Positions 19,086-28,538 of a stretch of DNA of 64,000 bases are shown here, piece by piece. Every line of letters starts with the position of its first letter. Position 1 is the stretch's first letter. Source of the stretch: an uncultured Acidobacteriota bacterium (lineage in GTDB: Bacteria > Acidobacteriota > Vicinamibacteria > Vicinamibacterales > UBA2999); the NCBI GenBank assembly GCA_963724485.1, contig CAVRUW010000009.1:547666-611665 (forward strand), given 5' to 3'. The notes under the pieces were generated by a model, which was not told the DNA's origin, searched no databases, and was given only the letters and a program-made list of their open reading frames with translations. The translations under genes and the position numbers were made by a program.

Positions 19086-19726
19086 TCACTTCCGCTCCGC
19101 CACCACCAGCATCTGCCCCGCCAGCGGCCGCACCGGCAGCATCAGATAGAACGGCACCAGGAATCCCAGCCCGCCGCCCGCACCTTTTACCGTCAACGGC
19201 ATGAATCGCGGCTCGGAGTGCACGACGGTCAACCCGTTCGCCTCGAGCCAATCCTGCAGTGCGACATCGGTGAAGATCGTCCGGTGCGTGAAGTCGTCGA
19301 AATAGCGATTGGGCGCCAGCCGGAAGTTCGGCTGCACCAGCCCTAAGCGACCACCCGGCTTCAGCGCTCGCACGACGAGCGGCAGCATCTCGTTGAGCGC
19401 GCCCATTCGAAGTGCTCGAAGAAGTTGCTGGCGAATACGAAGTCGAACGAATTGGCGGGCAACGTCCGCAAGAATGCCAGTGCGTCGCTGACGTGCGCCT
19501 CGACCCCTGGCGCGGCGTGCTTCGCCAGGTCCGGAAACAGGTCCACAGCGACTCGTCGTCTCGCCGGCACCTGGTTGATGAAGTAGCAGTAGCCGGCGCC
19601 AAGCTCCAGCACGTCGGCGTGATTCGGCACGAAACGAGACAGGTACTTGACGAGGTGGCGCCACACCTGCGCGCGGCGCTGGTCCTCGACGAATCGCGTC
19701 TTGAAGTAGTCGTCGGCAGTCGTCAC
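19086..19726 (-). pseudogene. Class I SAM-dependent methyltransferase with one frame disruption
   Basis: GTG start overlaps the GT2 stop (GTGA). Motif I VLELGAGYCYF. N-part ...FASNFFEHFEW joins the C-part GALNEMLPLVVRALKPGGRL only if one G is restored in the GGG run near 19402. Confidence 0.7.
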
Positions 19727-20808
19727 GACAGCCTCTCGCGCGCGGTGGACGCTTCGCCGGCCCTCGATGTCCACAGGTCTTTCCGGCTGCCTTCGAATCG
19801 ATGACGCGTGATCAGCCAGATCATCTGGATGCCGAGCCAAAACGCCTTGGCTGGATCGCCGGTCACGGCTGATTCACCGACGCGCGGCAGGTAGTTCACC
19901 GGCACTTGAATGACGTGGAAGTGCTCTTTCAATGACAGCACCATCATCTCGGGCCCGAACTGGCTGCCGTCGATCGTGAACCTGTCCCGCAGGCGTTCGG
20001 CCACCTCGCGACGAATCAGCCGCATCGTGCAACCCACATCGGTGAGACTGGTGGCGTTGTAGAGGAACTGCATGTATTTCGCAACCGCCCAGTTTCCCCA
20101 GCGGAGGAACACGCCCATGTTGGCGCCCTGCCAGATGAACTGCTGCGAGGTCCGGCTGCCGTACACCACATCGAAGTCGTCGGCGAACGCCACCAGCTTG
20201 GTGACGTCGCGCGCCAGGAACGTGCCATCGGGTTCGCAGATGCAAATCAAATCGCCCCGCGCCTCGACGAGGCCGCGACGGATTGCCGCACCATAGCCCT
20301 GTCGCGACTCGAAGATCTCCCGGGCGCCCGTTCCGGCAACCTCTTCGGACGTGCCGGCAACCGCGTTGTTGTTGATCACGAGCACCTCGCTCACCATGCC
20401 AGTCGCGAAGAAGTCTTCGACCACTCCTCGAATCGAGTCCTTTTCGTTATAGGTCGGCAACACCACGCTCACGGTCCGCGGTCCCCCGGTCAAGCGCCGA
20501 GGCAGCTCGACCCTGGTGCGCCACCACTGTTGCCCCCAGTGCGGCAGCAGGAACGACGCACCGATGAGCATCGCCAGGTGAAACGGAAGAATGGTCTTGT
20601 AGCCGTACGTCCATGGCGCCCCGATGATCATCGCGATTACGTGGGAGACGAGAAACACCAGCAGCACCTGGCGCGGCGCTCGAGGGATGCGGCCGAGCCA
20701 GAGCGCCAGCGCGAACAGGACCGGCCAGACCACCAGCGCCTTGGGCATCGGAATGGTTTGTGCCGGTCCGAACTGCAGGAATCCGAAAGTAAAAAGGATC
20801 TTCTGCAC
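19723..20808 (-). CDS. GT2-family glycosyltransferase (polyprenyl-phosphate sugar synthase, DPM1/ArnC/GtrB-like) preceded by TM helices
   Basis: VSVVLPTYNEKDSIRGVV, GYGAAIRRG, LICICEPDGTF, C-terminal amphipathic/TM segment. The reading frame stays open upstream to 20873 and probably continues from the GT-C ORF. Confidence 0.8.
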   Translation of the reverse strand: MQKILFTFGFLQFGPAQTIPMPKALVVWPVLFALALWLGRIPRAPRQVLLVFLVSHVIAMIIGAPWTYGYKTILPFHLAMLIGASFLLPHWGQQWWRTRVELPRRLTGGPRTVSVVLPTYNEKDSIRGVVEDFFATGMVSEVLVINNNAVAGTSEEVAGTGAREIFESRQGYGAAIRRGLVEARGDLICICEPDGTFLARDVTKLVAFADDFDVVYGSRTSQQFIWQGANMGVFLRWGNWAVAKYMQFLYNATSLTDVGCTMRLIRREVAERLRDRFTIDGSQFGPEMMVLSLKEHFHVIQVPVNYLPRVGESAVTGDPAKAFWLGIQMIWLITRHRFEGSRKDLWTSRAGEASTARERLS

Positions 20809-20849
20809 CTCGACCCACGCCGTCTCGACGTGGGCGCTCAGCCCAGATA

Positions 20850-22504
20850 CGAATGAAATCGCCGACCGAACCGATCAGGCTGTTTTCGGAGAACGTGATG
20901 ACCGGAATTGGTTCATCCGGCATGTAGAGAAAGTAGGGCAGCATGATGAACGACGACACCAGCAGCACGAACTTGTGGGCGACGATCCAGTTGCGAATCG
21001 TGAATGGCGCGACGCCGCAGAGGAAACCGGCGCTGAAGATTGCAATCTCACGAATGCGCCGTGCAAGTGCACCGGCCTGAAAGTCGAAGAAAAGCGCGAG
21101 GACGAACACGGGCGCGAAGAATACGAATGATGGCCTCGTGGCAGCACCGAGAGCCGTCAAGACACCGGCAATCCACATCAGCCAGCCGCGCCGCTGTTCC
21201 ACGGCCGCGACGGCCACAGCGATGGTGGCAAACACGACTGGAAAATACAGGTTGTCTGAAAACGACGTGTCTGCGTAGGTGAGGTAATAGAAACGCAGCA
21301 TCAGTCCGCAGAGGACCAGGGCAAACAGAAACGCCCCGCTCGTGAGGTATCGCTTCAAGATGAAATAGACCGCCAGGCCGACCAGCCCGAGGCAGATGTA
21401 GTTGAAGGTGATCACGCTCGCGAACTTCTCGCCGAAAATCAAGTGGGCTAGCGCCACGCCATACGGATAGAGGGGATAGGCATGGTAGGTCTTGCCGATC
21501 CCTTCGTCGTTCGTCATCAGGAGTCCGTTGAACACCACTTGCCGAGCCATTGCTTCGTACCCAAGGGTGTCGTCCCCATGAGTCAACGGAAAGGTCATGG
21601 ACCCTTGAGGAATTGCGTGTAGCGCACCACTGATCGCGAAGTAGACGAAGAATGCCAGAGCGCCCAGTTTCTTCGGTGCGAGCCACAGACTGAACAGCAC
21701 CAACTGGCTGACCGGTGCATACGCGCTGGTGAACGCGATGATCGCGACAAGCAGCGCAATCCATCCCAGTCCCGACGCCGTCCACCGCCGCCACTCGGCA
21801 CTCGCGATCTGCTGCGGCGTGGTCGGAACAGGAAAGACCAAGGGTGCCCCGGCCAACACGATGTTCGGCACCACCATCGGCGGCTTCTCGTAGTCGACGA
21901 TGACGCGATGTTCACCGGCGGGGACGGCGGTGTGAACCGCAACATCTCGAGGATTGACGAAGCTCAGTGGCGCCGATTCGTCGATCTGCAGCGTCACCTT
22001 GCCGTTGGCGTTGATCGACCAGCGAATGCCATCGGCAGTCGGCGTCCGCGCGTATCCGAGCCAGCGCACTCGGAGGGGAAGGGCGATGTCGCGTGGCCCA
22101 TCGGTCGGCTGATCGATCGCGATGTCGCTGTTGATGAAGTGCAGCCCCCACAAGCGGCCGTCGAACGCGATTTCCCGATCGATTCGATGATCGGCGAGTG
22201 TAAAGAGGTCACCTTGAAACCGGACGGCCTTCCACTGCTTATCCAGTCCGACAGTCCAGTACGACGCGTGCCATCCGGTCCGGACCTGGTCGAGGGACAG
22301 AGCCGTCTTGCCTCCGACCAAGACCACCAGGAGCAGAATCCAACCGACGTGCACGCGCGAGGTCGGTGGGAACAGCGACGTGAAGACCAGGAGAACCAAC
22401 GACAGGACGAACACGAGTTGAGCTTGAGATGAAAGCGGCACTCCGGAGAACGGTGATCCGGCGGGCCCCGGTGTAATCAGGAGGAGGAACAGGAGAGCGA
22501 CCAC
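20850..22504 (-). CDS. GT-C-fold (PMT_2/ArnT-like) polytopic membrane glycosyltransferase-like protein with an extracytoplasmic insert after TM1-2
   Basis: More than 10 hydrophobic helices. Loop motif THGDDTLGYEAMARQVV...YHAYPLYPYGVALAHLIFG resembles the DD/PLYPY region of PMT_2-type enzymes. ORF-track frame 20447-22504 turns into arginine-rich nonsense after ...GDFIRIWAE (about 20850) while the GT2 frame opens. Lower coordinate is approximate. Confidence 0.6.
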
Positions 22505-22666
22505 CGTCCACCATCGCAGGCGAGCGCCGGGAATGGATGAACTGTTCGTGATCGTTCGAGCTCATTGCATCTGTCGACAGCACTTCGGGCAACGCTCAGT
22601 ATTGCGAATCATGATGAGGTTGTCCACGAAAGCAGCGACAATGTCGGTCGCCGCCGAGGAACAGCG

Positions 22667-23152
22667 ATGGTCATCGTGCTCTGGGTGCTTGCCGCCGTGC
22701 TCGTTGCAGTGGGAATCGTCGGGACTGTCTTGCCCGCACTGCCTGGGCCGATCCTTGTATTGGCGGGCCTGATCGTCGGTGCATGGGCGGATGGCTTCTC
22801 GAAAGTGGGCCTCTTCGTCCTGCTGGTGTTGGCCGCGATGACTGCGCTGGCTCACGTGATCGATCTCTACACGACGGCCAAGGGCGCCGAGAAGTTTGGC
22901 GCCAGTCGTCGCGCCGCGATCGGCGCCGCTCTTGGTTTGTTCTTCGGAGGGCTGCTGCTGCAGATCCCGGGCCTCTTGATCGGCCCGTTTCTGGGTGCCG
23001 TCATCGGCGAATACACCGTGCAGCGAAAACTGATGCCGGCTGGAAAGGCCGGCTTTGGCGCCTGGCTTGGTCTCATCACCGGCATTGCGCTCAAGCTGGG
23101 CCTGGTGTTCGGGATGATTGCGGTATTTTTGGCGGCGTACTTCTGGTGGTGA
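22667..23152 (+). CDS. DUF456-family small membrane protein
   Basis: Internal ATG at 22667 with a GAGGAA SD. Four hydrophobic helices. GPFLGAVIGEY motif. Confidence 0.6.
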   Translation: MVIVLWVLAAVLVAVGIVGTVLPALPGPILVLAGLIVGAWADGFSKVGLFVLLVLAAMTALAHVIDLYTTAKGAEKFGASRRAAIGAALGLFFGGLLLQIPGLLIGPFLGAVIGEYTVQRKLMPAGKAGFGAWLGLITGIALKLGLVFGMIAVFLAAYFWW

Positions 23153-23175
23153 GAACTAGTTCACGGAGGGAAACA

Positions 23176-23778
23176 ATGCGGATTGGTGTAGGAATCGCAA
23201 GTGCGATGCTCGTCGCGGCGCCGGTATTCATCGCCGCCCAGGCGCCTGCGGGTGGCGCGCAACCGCCTGGTCAAGCCGCACCCGCGCGGCCGGCGATGGT
23301 GTTGACCACGACGGCATTCGCCGACGGCGCGCCAATCCCTGTGAAGTACACGCAAGCCGGGGAACAGGTGTCTCCGATACTCTCGTGGAGCAATGTGCCT
23401 CCCGGCACACAGAGTTTCGTGCTCCACATGCGTGATCCCGACGTGGCGCGCAACAAAACGACAGAGGATCAGGTGCACTGGCTGGTCTGGAACATTCCGG
23501 GTACCGCGACCGGGCTCCCCGAAGGCGTCCCCAAGGGCCCGCAACTCCCGGACGGGAGTCAGCAGATCAGCGCCAGCGGTCCCGTCTATCGCGGACCTGG
23601 CGCGCCGGCGACCGGGCCGATGCATCACTACACGTTCGAACTCTATGCGCTCGACACCAAGCTCGATGTGCAGCCAGGCGCTGATGCCTGGGAAACGCGA
23701 ACGAAAATCTGGTCGGCGATGAACGGCCACATTCTCGGCAAGGCGGTGTACGTCGGTTTGTTCAAGCGTCCGCAGTAG
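23176..23778 (+). CDS. YbhB/YbcL-family PEBP (Raf-kinase-inhibitor-like) periplasmic protein
   Basis: GGAGGG SD, ATG at 23176, signal peptide. Motifs DPDVA....HWLVWNIP and HHYTFELYALD. Confidence 0.85.
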   Translation: MRIGVGIASAMLVAAPVFIAAQAPAGGAQPPGQAAPARPAMVLTTTAFADGAPIPVKYTQAGEQVSPILSWSNVPPGTQSFVLHMRDPDVARNKTTEDQVHWLVWNIPGTATGLPEGVPKGPQLPDGSQQISASGPVYRGPGAPATGPMHHYTFELYALDTKLDVQPGADAWETRTKIWSAMNGHILGKAVYVGLFKRPQ

Positions 23779-23784
23779 CGCGTT

Positions 23785-24480
23785 CTACCAGACGCCAGGA
23801 ATCAAACGATATCGAACCCGCACTTGGTAGTCGACGTAGCCGGGCAGTCGCTGCGTCAAGTAACGCTCCTCTTCGAGCAACCTGACGATGACACTCCCGA
23901 TCAGAGCCAGGACGGGGAGAGAAGACCAGAGAGCCCCCAGAGCGACGGGCGTTGCGAGAAAAAGGATCACGGCGCCGAAATACATGGGATGGCGAATCCA
24001 GGCGTACGGGCCGGTGGACGCAACAGCTTGCCCGTCCCGCACCTCGACGACCGCAGATGCGTGCGTGTTGGCCCGGAACGTCAGGAAAATGATCAGGAAT
24101 CCCAGTACGACGAGCCCATCGGCCAACAGAATCAAAGCGATGGGAATTGGCGGAGACCAGCGGGCGTGGCGATCCAAACCCGCCACCACGTACGTGGCAA
24201 CAATCGAGGCGTTTGCAGCCGTCTGGATCTTCTTCTGGCTCGGTTGCTCTTCCGCTTTGGGGCCGCTTCTGAGGCGACGTTCAATCAATCCGGGATCGCG
24301 GGCGAGGAAGTATGCTGTCGTGACGAACGAGCACGCGAAGAACACGGCCCAGTAGAGCCAAGCCTCCCAGTACCGGAACGACCGCGCTGGCAGAAAGATG
24401 ATCAAGGCCAGCGCAATCTGAAACTTCAGCAGCGCCATCAGGGCTCTCCGCTTCAATCCCGTTCCTTCAATCGAGTTCAT
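23785..24480 (-). CDS. Isoprenylcysteine carboxyl methyltransferase (ICMT)/phospholipid methyltransferase-family membrane protein
   Basis: Polytopic protein. Motif GPYAWIRHPMYFGAVILFLATP. ATGA overlap with the upstream hydrolase gene. Confidence 0.8.
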   Translation of the reverse strand: MNSIEGTGLKRRALMALLKFQIALALIIFLPARSFRYWEAWLYWAVFFACSFVTTAYFLARDPGLIERRLRSGPKAEEQPSQKKIQTAANASIVATYVVAGLDRHARWSPPIPIALILLADGLVVLGFLIIFLTFRANTHASAVVEVRDGQAVASTGPYAWIRHPMYFGAVILFLATPVALGALWSSLPVLALIGSVIVRLLEEERYLTQRLPGYVDYQVRVRYRLIPGVW

Positions 24481-25226
24481 GGGGTGGGCTTCCAGGCTCC
24501 AGCGAGAAATGACAAGGCGGCCTCCGCGAATGGCGCAGCCAGCGGACCGAACACCGGGCCATGCCCGCCGTTGGGAACGATCCAGAGATGGGATCGTGGT
24601 ATCGCATCATGAAGCTCCATCGCCAGCGAAACGGGGTACAACGGATCCCGATCACCAAATACGATCAGCGTATCGGTCGTGATGGTTGCCAGGAGCGGCG
24701 GAGTGAAGCAGACATCGTCATAGCTGTCGGCGAACCCGCGACCGATCGCAAAGAGCCGATCCAATTGATCGGCACCGCCGGTGTGACGCTGGCGCATCAA
24801 CTCCCTCTCCACGTCGCTGAACATCGCCGTGGACATCTGCCGCTGAATCGTGCGGGCCGCGGCGGGGAAATATGGTGGTGCGCTCACGACGATCATCGAA
24901 GACACTCGTCTGGGGCGAGTAGTCGCGAGATGGAGTAGTGCGATACCTCCACCGCTCAGCCCGATGGCTTTGGTCTCTTCGATTCCCAAGTGATCGAGTA
25001 ACCGACTGACGTCGCCGGCGCATGCTCGAAACGAGAAGGGTGCGGACCAATCGGATGCGCCATGCCCGCGGAGGTCTGGCGCGATCACCCGGAAGCCGCG
25101 TGGTGCTTGCTGGAAGATGTATCTCCAGTCGGGGCCGGCTCCCATGAAGCCATGCAACCACAGCAATGGTTCGCCCTCGCCCAGGGTCTCGTAGTGCAGC
25201 CGCACGCCATTCGCATTGAACTCCAT
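24477..25226 (-). CDS. Alpha/beta-fold hydrolase
   Basis: HGFMGAG oxyanion region, nucleophile elbow GLSGGG, C-terminal ...GGHGP. Confidence 0.8.
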   Translation of the reverse strand: MEFNANGVRLHYETLGEGEPLLWLHGFMGAGPDWRYIFQQAPRGFRVIAPDLRGHGASDWSAPFSFRACAGDVSRLLDHLGIEETKAIGLSGGGIALLHLATTRPRRVSSMIVVSAPPYFPAAARTIQRQMSTAMFSDVERELMRQRHTGGADQLDRLFAIGRGFADSYDDVCFTPPLLATITTDTLIVFGDRDPLYPVSLAMELHDAIPRSHLWIVPNGGHGPVFGPLAAPFAEAALSFLAGAWKPTP

Positions 25227-25432
25227 TCGACCTCCTGTCGCCGATTATGCGGAGGCGGCGGTGCGAGAAACAGTCTGTGCAATTCCGCAGGTATAATAGA
25301 GATCCCTTCTCAAGTAGCGGCGCCTCGTCGAGCGCTGCGTCATTCCTCGAAAAATCGGCCGTCCAAGCCTCGTGCCATAATCACCGCCTCGGCTCACCCT
25401 GAGGCAAGGTTTCTCTGGCAGGAGATGGAAAT

Positions 25433-26602
25433 ATGGCTCGTACAGTCGCAGGCACGCTAGCGCTTGGCATCGTTCTGTCCGTCGGAACCCTGGTTTCTGG
25501 CGACACGGTTTTCCGCTCAGCTCTACACGACTACCGTGTGGTCACTGTGGTGGAAGCGTTGGTCCAGCCGTGGTCCATCGCCTTCTTACCCAACGGAGAC
25601 ACGCTGATTACCGAACGGCCGGGCCGCTTGCGAATCGTGAGGCAGGGCAAGCTCCTTCCTCAGGCGGTTGAGGGTCTTCCTCCTGTCTTGCATTCGTCGC
25701 AGGGAGGGCTGCTCGAAGTCGCGACTCATCCAAACTTCGCTTCGAATCGCTTGCTTTACCTGACCTATTCAAAGCCGCAGGCTGATGGCAAGCAATCGAC
25801 GACCGCGCTGATTCGCGGCCGCTTCGAAAACGACCGGCTGTCGAATGTTCAGCAGTTGTTCGAATCGGTTTCGCAGGGACGCGGACACTTCGGCGGAAAG
25901 ATCGCGTTCGACAAGAACGGCTATCTCTTTCTGACGCTGGGCGATCGGCAGGTTCCGCCAGAAGGCAACCTCGAAGCGCACCCCGCGCAGGATCTGACCA
26001 ACCATCACGGCAAGATGATTCGGCTACACGATGACGGGCGTGTGCCGGACGACAACCCCTTCGTGAAGCGTGAGGGTGCGCGGCCCGAGATCTGGAGCTA
26101 CGGCCATCGCAACGTGCAGGGCATTGCGATTCATCCGGAAACCGGCGACGTCTGGGCCGATGAGCACGGACCTCAGGGAGGGGACGAGCTGAATCGTGTG
26201 CAGTCTGGCCGCAACTACGGCTGGCCGGTAATCGGATTCGGCGTGAACTACCAGACCGGCCTGGCGATCCATGCCGGTACGCACCGACAGGGGATGGAGC
26301 AACCGGTGCACATCTGGGTCCCCTCGATCGGGATCTCGGGAATGATGGTCTACACCGGCGATCGTTTTCCGCAGTGGAAAGGCAACTTGTTCGTCGGCGG
26401 GATGGTGGGCCAGCAGCTTGCGCGCCTGACGCTGCAAGGGCAGCGGATCACGAACGAGGAAACGCTCGTGCCTCAGATGGGACGCATCCGCGATGTTCGA
26501 CAGTCGCCGGATGGTTACATCTACCTGGTAACTGACGATCGTGACGGCAAACCGACTCCGGTGTTCAGGATGGAACCGGTAGAACGGACGACGGCGAAGT
26601 AA
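25433..26602 (+). CDS. PQQ-dependent soluble sugar (aldose/sorbosone) dehydrogenase, YliI-like
   Basis: Signal peptide. PWSIAFLPNGDTLITERPGRLRIV, GHRNVQGIAIHPETGDVWADEHGPQGGDELN, NYGWP. Confidence 0.85.
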   Translation: MARTVAGTLALGIVLSVGTLVSGDTVFRSALHDYRVVTVVEALVQPWSIAFLPNGDTLITERPGRLRIVRQGKLLPQAVEGLPPVLHSSQGGLLEVATHPNFASNRLLYLTYSKPQADGKQSTTALIRGRFENDRLSNVQQLFESVSQGRGHFGGKIAFDKNGYLFLTLGDRQVPPEGNLEAHPAQDLTNHHGKMIRLHDDGRVPDDNPFVKREGARPEIWSYGHRNVQGIAIHPETGDVWADEHGPQGGDELNRVQSGRNYGWPVIGFGVNYQTGLAIHAGTHRQGMEQPVHIWVPSIGISGMMVYTGDRFPQWKGNLFVGGMVGQQLARLTLQGQRITNEETLVPQMGRIRDVRQSPDGYIYLVTDDRDGKPTPVFRMEPVERTTAK

Positions 26603-26611
26603 GCCGTCGCG

Positions 26612-27106
26612 TCACGTTGCGCGACGCGTCTGAGCGAGTACTTCGAGGCTCTTGAGAGCGGCCAGCCACGCGGCCAGCCCAAGCGCGTGCCGCACGTAGT
26701 TCAGACTGGCCCAACGCGTCGCAGTTGCGACAGTGCCGGGAGAGTCAGCCGCTCCCATTAGTCCAATCATCGTCGGGATGAAGTACGAGAACGTGAACAC
26801 GCGCTCGACCGACGCGGCCACCGCCGCCAGAAGCCACCAGCTTCGAACCGGCCCCGACGAGACCCACGCTGCGTAGAGATTGGCGAGCGTGAGGAGTGTG
26901 AGAGGCACGGTAGTGGTGAACGCCCAGAAGCGCCGTCCGGTGTCATCCTGGCGGACGGCGGCGGCGTTCCAGTGCGTGCCGGATTCCGGTGACGACTGCA
27001 ACCATCTCGGCACGATGATTCGATGCTCGAAAAGCCCGGCCCCGAACGCGATGCCGAGGTTGAGGATGAAGAGCCACAGCAGGATCGTCTGAGTTGTGTC
27101 TGACAT
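26612..27106 (-). CDS. DUF1772 (anthrone-oxygenase-like) membrane protein
   Basis: Internal ATG at 27106 (MSDTTQTILLWLFILNLGIAFGAGLFE...). Four helices. The longer ORF-track N-terminus is arginine-rich and implausible. Confidence 0.6.
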   Translation of the reverse strand: MSDTTQTILLWLFILNLGIAFGAGLFEHRIIVPRWLQSSPESGTHWNAAAVRQDDTGRRFWAFTTTVPLTLLTLANLYAAWVSSGPVRSWWLLAAVAASVERVFTFSYFIPTMIGLMGAADSPGTVATATRWASLNYVRHALGLAAWLAALKSLEVLAQTRRAT

Positions 27107-27220
27107 AGCGTTGATGACAGGTTGGCCTGGCAACGACGTGCCTGTCTTGCCGGCCATGGCTGCGTTTATCGAGATCGTGCGGTGAGACGTCGCACGCCAG
27201 CGCCCGATGCTCAACGCAGC

Positions 27221-28024
27221 GTGCTCATCGATAGCGTTGGTTTCGAAGTCGTTCGGTTTCAGGAAGCCTCGAACACCGTCGATACCGTCGCTGCCGCCAT
27301 CCTTGCAGTCGACCGGCGTGATCTGCCTTGCATCACGTTGTTGCTCTTCGGTGGGCCGGCGTCGCCTCATCAGCTGGCCACGATCCTGCGGATTCCGATC
27401 TCGGCGGCTCGCGACACCGTTGCCAGACTCGAGTTGGCCGGTTACGCGCGTCGTATTTCGGCGATGCGCGGAGCTCGCGTCGAGCTCACCGAACATGCGC
27501 GCGAGCTGATCGCCAGAATCTGGGAGCCGTTGCGCCTTCGCGGTCAGCGGATGCTAGCCCAATATTCCAGCCGTGAATTGAGCATGGTCGGGAAGATTCT
27601 TCGTGCCTCCAGCGAGCTTCAGGAATCGCACGCGGGAGAGCTAGCACGCCTGCTCGAGGAACCGCGGTCGTCGAACCGACGTCATCAGCGAGGCGGGTTG
27701 TCGCCGGCCGCGCTGCGACGAGTGCAGTTGTTCGTTGAATCACGGCTGGACCAACCGCTGCACATGGCCGATCTGGCGCAGCGCGCGGGGTTGAGCATCT
27801 CGCATTTTGCTCGCGCGTTCCGCACAACGACGGCCATTACACCGCGAGCATTCGTTCAGCAGCGACGTGTGGCGCGGGCTCAAACGCTGATTGAGGAAAC
27901 GGACCAGTCACTCGCGGAAATTGCCGTGGCGACGGGATTTGCCACCCAAAGTCAGTTCACAACTGCTTTCCGGCGAACCGTCGGTTTCACGCCAGCCGTC
28001 TATCGCCGTTCGTGTCGCTCGTAG
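27221..28024 (+). CDS. Hybrid transcriptional regulator: MarR-like winged-HTH N-domain + AraC/XylS-type HTH C-domain
   Basis: N-part ...LPCITLLLFGGPASPHQLATILRIPISAARDTVARLELAGYARRI..RGARVELTEHAREL (MarR pattern). C-part LHMADLAQRAGLSISHFARAFR...IAVATGFATQSQFTTAFRRTVGFTPAVYRR (AraC pattern). Start uncertain: GTG at 27221 chosen, ORF-track ATG at 27122 is only 15 nt from the divergent gene. Confidence 0.7.
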   Translation: MLIDSVGFEVVRFQEASNTVDTVAAAILAVDRRDLPCITLLLFGGPASPHQLATILRIPISAARDTVARLELAGYARRISAMRGARVELTEHARELIARIWEPLRLRGQRMLAQYSSRELSMVGKILRASSELQESHAGELARLLEEPRSSNRRHQRGGLSPAALRRVQLFVESRLDQPLHMADLAQRAGLSISHFARAFRTTTAITPRAFVQQRRVARAQTLIEETDQSLAEIAVATGFATQSQFTTAFRRTVGFTPAVYRRSCRS

Positions 28025-28032
28025 AATTGAGC

Positions 28033-28533
28033 ATGGCCGGGCACGAGTGTTACCACTGCAAGCAATGGGTTGAGAAAGGCGAGCCGCACGACTGCTGGAC
28101 GACCACCGAAACAGCATTGACGCAGGACCTGTCGGAGGACTTGCGGGATGCTTGGGAGCGTTTGCGTGAGACCGCCGTCGAGTTTGGTGAGCAGCGTGTG
28201 TACGCGTCGCACCACTCGATCATGTTCGCGCGCAAGTCCTGCTACTTCTTCGTCCGCCCGAAAAGAAGCTTCCTCGAGGTGTGCGTGTTCCTGGGCCGGC
28301 CGATCAAAGCGCCGCAAGTTCGGCGTGTCACGCCAAGCTCACGGACCAAGTTCGCGAATATCTTGCAGGTCAGACACCGTGATGAAGTGGAATCGCCGCT
28401 TACTGACTGGTTGCAGGAAGCCTATGAGGTGTCCGCCACGCTGAAGGCAGCGGCACCTGCCGCTCCCAAACGAAAGGCCACGGCCTCCCGCAAGCCGCCG
28501 GCCAGGAAAGCGAAGCGCAAGAACAAGGCGTGA
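28033..28533 (+). CDS. DUF5655-like protein with a Lys/Ala/Pro-rich basic tail
   Basis: ATG at 28033. CYHC...HDC N-terminus. Core ...RVYASHHSIMFARKSCYFFVRPKRSFLEVCVFLG. Tail AAPAAPKRKATASRKPPARKAKRKNKA. Confidence 0.5.
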   Translation: MAGHECYHCKQWVEKGEPHDCWTTTETALTQDLSEDLRDAWERLRETAVEFGEQRVYASHHSIMFARKSCYFFVRPKRSFLEVCVFLGRPIKAPQVRRVTPSSRTKFANILQVRHRDEVESPLTDWLQEAYEVSATLKAAAPAAPKRKATASRKPPARKAKRKNKA

Positions 28534-28538
28534 GTTGT

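Noticed and set aside
22239-22592. 117-aa minus-strand ORF (MSSNDHEQFIHS…) as a possible true N-terminus of the GT-C protein via yet another frameshift
   Set aside because: It is plausible on GC3 grounds for the first 12 codons or so. There is no SD, and the GTG at 22504 preceded by an in-frame RLRWW already gives a sensible N-terminus. The evidence is too weak to claim.
25292-25297. Perfect TATAAT upstream of the PQQ-sugar dehydrogenase gene
   Set aside because: There is no acceptable -35 element at 16-19 nt (AACAGT/TCTGTG) and no TG extension. It may be real, but it is not supportable from the sequence alone.
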